Shown one piece after another: positions 49,968 to 60,726 of a stretch of DNA of 64,000 nt. Numbering within the stretch: the stretch's first letter is position 1; every line of letters starts with the position of its first letter. This stretch comes from Dipteris shenzhenensis (taxonomy: Eukaryota): assembly GCA_047967505.1 (NCBI GenBank), contig CM106538.1, one strand, 5' to 3'. Under the pieces are notes generated by a model. That model did not search any database and was not told where the DNA came from. It saw only the letters and a list, made by a program, of their open reading frames with translations. Both the position numbers and the translations under genes were made by a program.

Positions 49968-50720
49968 CCTAAACCAGCATGGTGGTTGTTTGTGATTGAG
50001 CTTTGGGACAGTTTACTTGTTTCATTTCTTAAACCAAGCTTGGACTAAATGTGATTGTCCTAAACCAGACCCGTGGTTGGAACATCATGCAATTGTAGGC
50101 TAGTTCAGCTCAATCGCCAGTTATGTGATTGTCCTAAACCAGCATGGTTGAATAGACATTAGTTGTTGTCCAGCCCAGTGGCATGGTTGAGCAAAAATTC
50201 ATAGCAATATATTTCACAATATATTGTTATTTTACTAAACCATCCCAATGGTTGGAACATCATGCAACCATGGTTGCTTCAACTCAATCACCAGCTATGT
50301 GATTGTCCTAAACCAGCGTGGTTGAATAGACATTAGTTATTGACCATCTCGATGGTTGAAATTATTATGTTTCTTAGTACTTAAATTCGTTAAATTTAAT
50401 TTCCTACTATTCAGGTCATATACCACTGTTAAATTATGGAATTCAGAAATGAAAAGCAATATATTGTTATTTTCTAATGGTGAAATTCAGAAATGAAAAA
50501 CAATATACTTGTTATTGTCTAATATGTGAAGTTGAGACCATCAGGCTAAACCATCCCAGTGGTTGAAACTGTGACATTGTCCTAAACCATCCCGGTTGTT
50601 GAAATTGTGACTGTCCTGAATGTGTCCTAAACCAGCCCGGTGGTTGACTGTCCTAAACATATCCTAAACTAGCCCGGTGATTGAAATTGTGACTGTCCTA
50701 AACCAATGCAGTGGTTGAAA
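49968..50720. repeat. Intronic array of about 11 (TGTCC)TAAACCA-N4-6-TGGTTGAA boxes
   Basis: Examples: TGTCCTAAACCAGCCCGGTGGTTGA near 50623, with similar boxes near 50056, 50130, 50236, 50304, 50546, 50578, 50664 and 50694. Confidence 0.85.
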
Positions 50721-52091
50721 ATTGTTTTGCTTCATTATATACTTTAATTAGACTGTGTTTTGTATTCTTTTAGTAGTAGCAAAAAGGGGGCTCTTTGTTC
50801 TGTAGTTCCCGCATGTTGGGGCAGCAGACAGGGTTGTATCTCAAGTTTGTGCATCGAAATTCGGACATTTCTATTGGTAGAGGAGATTTGAGCATTGTAA
50901 GCCCTGGTACATTAAGAAACTCAAAGACATGAATGTTTGTTGTTGCAAAACACACATAGACTTTGACTTGGCCCGACAAGCTATGAATGACTTGAGATCT
51001 TGTTGTGTTGGAGCATTGCTCCATGGGGATTGATGCCCATGCCTCCCCAATGAATGCGTAGTTTGTAGGCCACCTAGGTTGCAATGGAGGGCAGGTTTTG
51101 TAGCTTGAGGTCTCTATGGGAGCAAGTGGTTTGTCCAAACAGAGACCATGAGTGGCACATGATTGAATGCATTTGCGGCACATGCAAGCGTTGCAGTTTA
51201 AAGCTGAAGAAGAAGACATTCAATGTCTATCCAAAAGGAGGTTTGAAAATGTCAATGTTGAAGGATCCGATAAAAAGAGATGGCTACTCTCATATAAGAG
51301 CACTAAGCCAAGGGATCTTGTAGGTCACATGGTTCAATCCATCCCAAAATATGTGCTTCACAATTTCACAGCCAGTTTGGCAAGATGAGTAGTTTAGGAC
51401 GTACCTTGCCAATTTTCCCCGTGACACTATTGTATCTGTCATAGATTTTGTAAAAAATTATTCTTTTCAAGAATAAGATGAGATACAAAGTGCTCATCCA
51501 CAACAACACAAAGCAACTATAGACGCGCTTGGTAGACGCGCAAAATAGCGGGCGCGTCTATAGGCATTGCTTTAGTAGAGGAATTACGGGCGCATCTAAA
51601 AGCACGTCTAAAAGCTCGTCTATTTGCGCGTAAATTAACGCGTCTACTTGTGCGTCTAAACTGAGAAAATACGGGCCCGTCTAACATCGCGTTTATCAGC
51701 GCGTCTATATGCGCGTGTATTAGTGCATTTATCTGCGCGTTTACACGGAGACTCAGACACGCATTTAGACGCGTAGATAGACGCAAACTAGAGAATACAG
51801 AAAGTGAGATTTTGGTGTACATCATTGCTTTCCAAACATTGCCCATGATTACCAAAGCACATAATTTTTTGCAAGCCCACATATACAAGAATTAAGTGAG
51901 ATGAGGAGAATGAGACAATATGTAAAATAGTTTTGCCAATATCAATTATGGGGCTACGGTTCAATCTCATCCTCAATGAGATCAACCCTTGCCAAACTAT
52001 CTACTTCAAAATCCAAACAAGTGTTTAGATCTACAAATACATTCAACCCACTACTACTTGTGCCACTCATGTGCTCATCAAAATCAGCATC

Positions 52092-54184
52092 TCAAATGGT
52101 AGGCTCATCCTCACGGGTAATGGCCTCAATATCTGTATCTCCTATCTCATGATCATCCTCCTCTCTCGTATCACGGTCATCATCACATCCATGGCCATGA
52201 TCATCCTCCATACACTCCATATTAGTAAATGTACTATACATCACTTTGGAACGTGGCATAATAGGTATGACATGCCACCATCTATTATTATCCACCATTG
52301 GTTGATAGACAACCTAATTCAAACACAAATACAATCATGTTATTTTTCTTGCATCAAATATTTAAAAGCAAATATTTTTATATGTGTGCATAGTACCTAT
52401 CCACATTGTTGCGGTAGTACTAGTGTGTCCTTCCTACTTTGCCAAAACTTTGTGGAGTCAATAGTTACAAAGCCACTTGCATGGCGTTTGATTGTTGCAT
52501 TAGGGCCTCTTTCCACCACGTCCTTAAACCACTTTACATCCAAAACATACACAAAGAAGCGTCGAAAGTCAAGCATAATAATATCTTGGATTATGCCACA
52601 ATAATCATCCATGGCTCCATTGGTTCCCTCAAAGCTAGCAATGACGCCGCAATCTTGTGTATTTCTCTTATCATCAATCCGTTGTGTTCGAAAATGCTTG
52701 CCCTCATACCATATAGCATTGAACATAGTGCACTACACCAAGAAAAAATCAATTAAATAAGCAATCTAAATTATTGAAAGCTCCTAACTTATGCATAACA
52801 TTCTATATACCGACCTTGCTCATGCATCCCCTAGCATACTCCCATTCTTCCATTGTGATATGCATCCCCTCGTCTCTCTTTGCTTTCTCCATTTCATCAA
52901 GTAGCCAATCCACATGAATATCCTTTGGAAGTGCTCTTAGATACTGAGGATATGGCACACGAGATCTGTGGTGTGTACAAAAGAGGGCCCTTTCTTCTTA
53001 TCTTCTTGCCTTTGCATCCTCGTATCTTGTCACCCATCTTTTCATCACATCACTATTAAGCACGCAAAAGAGGTTGATACTATTATGCAACTCCGTGTCT
53101 ATTACTTTGTTGCGTCCTTTCCCTTGAGGCACAATAGAGGTCATCCTTAGGTCTTCATCATCTCTCCATAGTCGTGGGAGAGAGCTATCCACATCAACAA
53201 GAAACTCAGAAATATATACAAGTGACTCTTGTACCAACCAACCCTCAGCCATGCTACCTTCAGGTCTTGCATTTTGTCTCACGAAGCCCTTCAAGGTCTT
53301 CATGAAGCGCTCCAGGAAGAACAACCATCGTGCATGTATAGTACCGCATATAGCAATCTCATCCACCAAATGCACTATGAGATGTAGTTGGCTTGTGAGA
53401 ATAGAACATGGAAATGTCTCCTCCACTAAACAAACCACCTCCACTGACATAACTCGAGCATTCTCAAGCGTGGTGGGATCTATTTCCTTTGAGCTCACAT
53501 ACCTAGAAATGAAAAAGTACAGCATATTAGCAATATGCATTCAAACTTGCATGGAGCATTGATACGCATCATATTTTGTATCATGTACAGTACCTCACAA
53601 GCTCGCCCATCTTGTAAATACAATCTTTCACGTCCTTCGATGCACTACGTGAAATGCTAGTAAGTAGTATGAACTGAACCCACGAGGACATCCTGCTCCA
53701 TGCTATCATCCCTACCTTGATGGACGTATAAATCCCAGACCATATCATCAAACACCTCCTCCTCCACGGCTTCATGAGGTAATGGCAGAGGGCTACTATC
53801 ACCATCACTCTATGCATCCGTAATGGTCCCTCCTGAAGATCCCACCTCATATCGCCGATGCTTCGCCTCCTCACGACGAGCATAGGGCAACATATGCAGG
53901 TGTGGCACTGCATCCTGTATCAAATTAAAATGGGATCATAACTCAAACATATGAACACCCATAGGTATCTCAATCAACCTTAACTTACAAACCCTTACCC
54001 TGTTTACGGTCACATCCCATTCTCCATACTTTGAGATATGATTGAGTGTAATCCTGCATGCACGATACATGTTTCCTCGACATCGATCACACAAACATTT
54101 GATTTTTTGCTCCAACCACATTTCGCGATGGTGGATATGGAGGGATTCATCCTCACTGGAGGTACTTGTTGAAGATGAAGACAT
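52092..54184 (-). pseudogene. TnpD/Tnp2-family transposase gene (multi-exon) lacking its central core
   Basis: N-terminal CLCDRCRGN...LNHISKYG; DUF4218-like HLIVHLVDEIAICG..HARWLFFLERFMKTLKGFVRQNARPEGSMAEGW; DUF4216-like DYCGIIQDII.LDF....VLDVKWF. The HRRFLP and LPYW region is absent. Confidence 0.85.
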
Positions 54185-55021
54185 CCTACAAACAAACAAC
54201 CCACCGAATTTGCTTTCTTCAAATGTTTAATTTAAACTCTGTGGCGCATCTAAAGGTGCATCTAAAGCGCATCTACAATCGCATCTAAAGGCATGTCTAC
54301 TCTGTGTATTTAGACATGCCTATACACGCACCATTAGACACGATTATAGACGCGGCTTTTAAACCTGCTTTTAGCGCGCTCGCTTTGCTTTTCTTCACAT
54401 TACTTATACTTCGCGCGGCTTGCTTCCTTCCTTATTAGCAGATCCACAGTTTCGACGCTTAAGAGGAAGGCTCCCATACTTACTTCCAAGCTTACACTTA
54501 AGAGGAAGGCACCCACACTTACTTCTAAGCTTAAAGGAGAGGAGGACGAACAAGGAGGAGAAGCAACTTTGAAAAAGAAGAAGAACCTTCCATACCTCTA
54601 TCCAAGTAAGTCCTTTTGCAGTTGATCTTGTTTGGAAGTTTGCTCTCTTTAGATTTGTACTTTCTCGTATCCAAGAAGCGCATGATCTGGGTATCAGTTT
54701 CACATTTGTGTGTCGGGCGCAATGTCCTTTTCTACTTTTTAAAAATCCCATCTGTCGGAGCGCGTCCATAGGTGCATCTCAGAGCGTGTCTAAAAGCGCG
54801 TCTACAGGTGCGTCTAAACGTGCGTCTAGCCTGTTTGTAGACACAGACAAACGCATCTATAGACACTCTGTTAGATGCTCTGTTAGACGCTCTATTAGAC
54901 ACGTCTATAGAGGCGCTAATCAGACGCGTCTATAGACGCGCTCCAACAGTAAGCCTCTCTTCCCTTCCCCTTTCTTCTCAGCTCATCAGTAATAGATTTT
55001 TTTCCTTTTTTCCAGTTCAAC

Positions 55022-56489
55022 ATGTGGCCAGGAAGCGCTTCCAACTCACCTGATCCCTAGGAATCTATTTGGAAGGACTTATATAACCTTTTAGGGCACC
55101 CTCCTAGTCCTGTAGAGTTATATGGGTATATGATGGGTACTCTAAACACTCCTCAGGAGTCGGCACTACAAACTCCAAATCACCCCACACCACCTGAGAT
55201 CACCCCAACGGAGTCAGCATAGCTGTCTTATGCCCCTTCTTATGCCCCTTCCCCCATACCGTCTTATGCCCCTTCCCCATGCCCCTTACCCCATGCCGTC
55301 TTATGTCCCTTCTGCCATCTCGTCTTATGCCCCTTTCCCCATGCCGTCAGGAGGTCCTTCTATCTTACAAAGCCATCGATTTACTCCTGTGCTATCGAGA
55401 CTCAGTTCTCCAGCTACGAGAGGTTAGCGTAGTCCTGTGCAGTCTCCAGCTACGAGTGGCCAGCGTACAAGCTCGACACAACACGGTAGCAGGCGTAGTA
55501 GCAAGAAGAGCGATGGGGGATGCATGGCACAATGCTTTGGGAGGGGTGGCAGTGCGGACGATGATGATTCAGATGATTTAGACGTGCCTCCGGGTGATGG
55601 TATGATTTATTATGACATCACTCAGACAGGAGGCATCTTGATGGATGCGCGGGGGAAGGACATCATGGCCTTCATGCGCTCTGTAATTGCTAACAATTAC
55701 AGAGATTGCTTTATCCACTACAAAGACCAGCCAAAGAGGTTGGCTGATGAGACCATCGCTGCTGTTCGCTCTAGGTATCCTAACCCCCCCAATCGCCAGT
55801 TCACAGATAAATGGGCCAAGTCAAAGATTGTTACGATACTTGGCAATAAAAGATCTTCGCTTAAGAGGCAGGCACTAGCGGAGCTTGCCAGGCTTGAGGG
55901 AGGTCAACCACCAAGGGGCCTGCCCCACACCGCTCACAAGCATGAGTGGAAGAAAGCAATGAAGTCGGCAGGGAGGACTCCAGTCTGCAGCACGTGGAGG
56001 CACAGAGGATCCAGATGGAGGAATATGGAAGCGCGCATTTTGGAGCAGGGGGTGTTGAATCATGGGAGGCCCAATTTGTAAGTATCGATCTCAAATTATA
56101 TTGCTTATGTAGTTTATTAGGAGGTTGTTTCTTTGTACTAATCCCTCCACAAAGTGTGTTGTCATGCAGCTTGAGATCATGGGCAGATACCCCACTCCTG
56201 TGGAGATAGCCTACCACCACCACCACCATCGCAAAGCAGATACATGGAAGCACTTCTATGATGACGGGTTGATTACTGAGGAGCAGTATACCCGGGCTAC
56301 TGGAGCGGCCCCCGAGGTATTTGAAAGTAAATAAATAATGCCAAAATTATACGTAAAGATTTGATTTTTCATACATTGATATATGTTGTCCCTTGTTTAC
56401 AGGCCCGTGCACAAGACGATGAGAAAGACGAGGAAGGAGGCACAGAAGGGAGTGTGGAAGGGAGCGAGGACTTGGAGAACATAGATTAG
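55022..56489 (+). pseudogene. Second CACTA gene (TnpA-like), multi-exon, disrupted
   Basis: Pro-rich N-terminus, then a helical region (FMRSVIANNYRD...WAKSKIVTILGNKRSSLKR...EWKK). GT-AG introns near 56078-56170 and 56317-56402, and an acidic tail. TnpA identity is inferred from its position inside the TIRs. Confidence 0.55.
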
Positions 56490-58550
56490 TCATAGAAGTA
56501 GTGCCTTTTTTGTACTTAAAGCCACTGGCTTGGCTTCATGCCTCTTGTATATACACTCCTCTTATTTTTTGTACTTGAAGCCACATGACATGGCTTAGCT
56601 TTCTTATTTTTTGTACTTGAAGCCACATGACGTGGCTTAGCTTCGTGCTATATGTATATACAAGCACTTTTTGCGCTTTCAATTTTATTGCGTTTTGTAG
56701 TTGTAATGTTTTATTTGGAATTGTAATTAAAATGCGGTTGGATGTAAGAATTGAATTACACAATGTGGATATGGGATTCTTATAACTATATAGCATACAC
56801 AACATACACAGCATTCTGTAAATTAAAAAAAAAAAAAGCGCGTCTATCAGTGCATCTATAAATGCATCTATATACGCGTCTGTCTGTTCGACAAGCGTCT
56901 ATATTTGCATCTATAAACGCGTTTATAAGCACATCTATTTAAGCGTCTAAGTGCGCCTCTATACACACGTGTGTCTGATATATAGATGCACTAATAGACG
57001 CGGGTCTCCAGATGTGAAAATAGACGTGCAAATAGACGCACCCGTAAGTTTTTTATTTAGTTCAATAAACGCGTCTGTGTGCATGTCTATGGGTGCTTTG
57101 TCTTGTTGTGATTGGTACAATAAGCAGATAACAATTCTTATGCATATCACGTACAATCATTTGCTTGATTCTTCCATGCCTGATGTCAATCTGGTTGCTG
57201 ACTCACAAGAGTCTAGGTCACTGCAATGCACTTACCATTTCTACATTTCAGATGATAGGGAACATGACACCCTATTTGTGTAGCATGCTTTTCTACTGCA
57301 TTGGGAATGGCTGAAAAAGAAAAATCCCCATGTAGAAAATATAAAACAACATTGGGCATGGTTAGATGGTGCTACCTCTCAATTTAAATCAGCATGTGGA
57401 TTCTACTTTGTCTCAAGGTTCAAATCTCTGACCGGTCTAGACATGATGTGGAATTTCTTTGGGTCTAGCCATGGCAAGGGTGAACATGATGGATGCGGTG
57501 CTGTTATTAAGCAAGCTCTGTTAACTACCATTTAGCATGCCCTCAAGAAAAACTCAATGATGTCCATGATGCTGTAACATGGCTTACAACCAACCTCTCC
57601 ACAGGCGTGCATTCAAAATACAGTAAACAAAGCCTTAAGAATACTATAGTACGCAGAGTGTTCCATGAAGTGAAAGTGTATGAAGTGCAAAAGAGAAGTC
57701 GACATGATTGCGAGAAAATTAAAGGAGTTCGTGGTTTGCACAGCATATGGGGCTTTTCAAACAACCAACTGATTAAACGAGAAAACTTTCTTGTTTCTAC
57801 AGTGCGTGCATCATAGGGGATCATGACGATTGTGAGAACATTACAACTACGAAGACATGGGAGTGAGTTCAAGTTTTCCCTCTACGTTCAGATGGAGTGA
57901 CAAACATTGGAGAGGCAAATGACTCACCATAATTTGGGGAGAGTTTCGATGACCTCACTGATTGTCTGGAAGAGGGGGATAACTTTGCAGTTGTCTTAGA
58001 TTCTAGGGAGAATGAGGAAGATGACCCATTCTTTCTATTGCAGTGCACAGAACCCAAGTACAAGGTTGAGGAAACATTCAAGGATAATTGGGGAACAACC
58101 TATGAGAAGTGGGATATAGTAGTCAGAGCTTTTTGGTACAAAAAAACATCCAAGAGAGGCCGCAATTACGAACTGCTACATAAGAGTCCACAAACATGTG
58201 TGTACTCTCATCTAGTAAGAGCTATTAAGTTCCAGATGCAACCTATGCCACAACGAAGGAAGGGCAAGAGTGTCTTCAAATTGAATTTATACACGCATGA
58301 ACACATCTTGGGGTGTCTTGGAGCGGTGGACAAGGACAACTAAGATATAAGAAAATGTATGTAGTCTCATTGCAGGGAAACAATATGTCCACTTGTCCTA
58401 CAAAATGGAATTTGTATTGAGACTGCTTCTTTTTAGTATATCCCAAACAACCACCGTGCTGGTTTTATTAAATTATTTTTGTAAATCCCAAACGATAAAA
58501 TCCATGCTTATTTTTAGCATATCCCAACAACCACCACGCTAGTTTTCTGT

Positions 58551-59285
58551 AACGAATCCACACATCCTACAAATCCATTCATCTTGTAATAATATAAGCA
58601 AACCACCGTGCTAGTGGTTGTTAATATCCTCGTGCAAACCAACCACCGCGCTGGTGATAACTTATCCTGCACTACTACCATGCTATCCCTACACTACTAT
58701 CGTGCTATCCTAAAATTTGTTGCACAGTGCTATACTAAAATAGTGCCCTTTAGACTGTTTATCGTTTCCCATAACGAATCCACACATCCTATAAATCCAT
58801 TCATCTTGTAATAATAGAAGCAAATCATCGTGTGCTGGTGGCCGTGTGCTGGTGGCCGTTAATATCCTAGTGCAAACCAACCACCGCGCTAGTGATAACT
58901 TATCCTCCACTAATCTTGCACTACTACGATGCTATCCCTACACTACTACCTTGCTATCCTTAAATTTGTTGAATAGTGCTATACTAAAACAATGCCCTTT
59001 AGACTATTTATCGTTTCATTAACCGTCAAATTTCTTGCTTTTAGTATATCCCAACAACCACTGCACTAGTTTCCCATAACTAATCCATTCATCTTGTAAT
59101 AATAGAAGCAAAGCACCACACTGGTGGCTGTTCATATCCTAGTGCAACCAACCACCATGCTGGCGATAACTAATCCTACACTAATCTTGCACTATAACCA
59201 TGCTATCTCTACACTACTACCATGCTACTACCATGCTATCCTAAAATTTGTTGCACAGCGCTAGTGCCCTTTAGACTGGTTATAG
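58551..59285. repeat. Three diverged tandem units of about 220-250 bp downstream of the Sola-like transposase
   Basis: AATCCATTCATCTTGTAATAATA...AACCACCGCGCTGGTGATAACT...GTGCCCTTTAGACT recurs near 58551, 58773 and 59078. Confidence 0.9.
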
Positions 59286-60634
59286 TTGACCATCAGATTT
59301 CAACCACCGGGCTACTTAAAACATTTAAGTAGTAACATGAAAGTAGGTCGATACAAAATCAGGTATTACGAGCACCATGAGAATATCCACAAGTTCAAGA
59401 AATGTCTACAAGATATTTATTTTTTCAAAACACGATGACATTTTGCTTTTTCAAAGAAATTCCAGACTCCAACTATCTTATTAGCCTCTCTATATAGCAA
59501 GCATCTCCCAGCTCTTGAGGCCAGTTTGTTGCACAATGGCAGACCTCTTCATACACTCGGATTGCACACTGCTTGCTTGATTCTACCGACTTATATGCCC
59601 ATACTGACTTCTCCTTTTGTTGCTGGTGGTCCTCTTCATCCTGGTCTTTGCGCTCTATACATCTTCATGCCTCTATCATATCCTGCCAAAAGAAACCTAC
59701 ATCATGAGCTTGACAAGTACCTTAAAGAAGCAAGAAAAACAATAGCTAGGGAAATTAATATTCACCGTCTGTGCCAACTCCAAGTAATACACCTACCACC
59801 AAAACATGTCCTTCTTGCAGCTATTTTTCTCCTTCTCCGGGTCTGTTTCTATGAGGATGCCATCCAAAATCGTTTTCATATAGAACAAAAGCATTCCAAA
59901 GTCTTTTGGCTATGTGATAGATTCGCAGTAGGTGGATCGATGTACAGAGTTTTGGGGCTAGATTTTGTAATGGGCTCTTAGTTGTGTCTGCACTACACTG
60001 AAATAGGGAGAGAGTTCATTGAGCCCGACCTTTTCATTCTTCAGTCTCATGTTAGTTGTCTAATCTAAATTTTTCGTCTCACATTAGTTGTCTAATCGAA
60101 ATCTTTATCTTTCATCTCACATTACTTGTCAAATCGAAATCTTTCATCCCATTATTATCACCACACTGGCATGGATCAAAGGACACTATCTAGTCACATA
60201 GCTGAGAAAACATTGCCCAAGTAAACTCTGGAGAAGAGTAACAATTCAATAGATTACACACAAATTACATAGATTACAATCTGAAAGACTCCTTTACTTC
60301 ATATTATATCTCAAGGACTCCTTGTTGAGCTTCTTCATTGTAGGCTTGGCCCTCCTTGCTCCTTTTCAAAATGGGGTTGGTTCTTCCTGTAGAGGCCCGG
60401 CCCCTCTCTTCATGCCGCTTCCTCTTTCCTTGATTTGAGCTTCCTGGTTGCAGGCTCGACCCTTCTTGCTCCTTTCCTGAATGCGGCTGTTTCCTCCTTT
60501 CAGGCTCTTTTTCCTCGCAGTCAGGCCTTCTTCAATTTGAGCTCCTTGTCTTTAACATCTTTTACCCAAATGGCAAATTGAGCTGCAACATTTACTTTCT
60601 CGTCACAAAAACAACCCTCACCATGGTTGCTGCA

Positions 60635-60726
60635 AATTGCTCCACTATGGTGGCTAGAACTTGCTCCACCGTGGTGACTAGAACTTGCTCCACCATGGTG
60701 GTTGAAACTTGCTCCACCGTGGCTAC
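60635..60726 (-). repeat. 24-bp minisatellite (about 3.7 copies) within a decayed coiled-coil ORF
   Basis: TTGCTCCACYRTGGTGRYTRRAAC units; the minus strand reads VEQVSTTM-VEQVLVTT-VEQVLATI. Confidence 0.8.

Larger units (their letters stand above)
51499..57110. mobile_element. Complete CACTA/EnSpm-family DNA transposon (5612 bp), internally deleted
   Basis: Left TIR CACAACAACACAAAGCAACTATAGAC; right TIR (reverse complement) CACAACAAGACAAAGCACCCATAGAC. 3-bp target duplication ATC/ATT; subterminal TAGACGCG repeats; Tnp2-family gene inside. Confidence 0.92.
49105..58343 (+). mobile_element. Sola2-like DDD transposase pseudogene, with an intron at 49958-50827 and interrupted by a CACTA element
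   Basis: HMLDITQ|TGLYLKF..FEHCKPWYIKKLKDMNVCCCKTH; IDFVKNYSFQE*DEIQSAH|WYNKQIT; YISDDREHD; WLDGATSQFKS; WNFFGSSHGKGEHDGCGAVIK. Start codon approximate; TIRs not found. Confidence 0.75.

Noticed and set aside
49968-50720. Repeat array superficially like CRISPR
   Set aside because: Eukaryotic intron, irregular spacing, repeated spacers and no cas genes.
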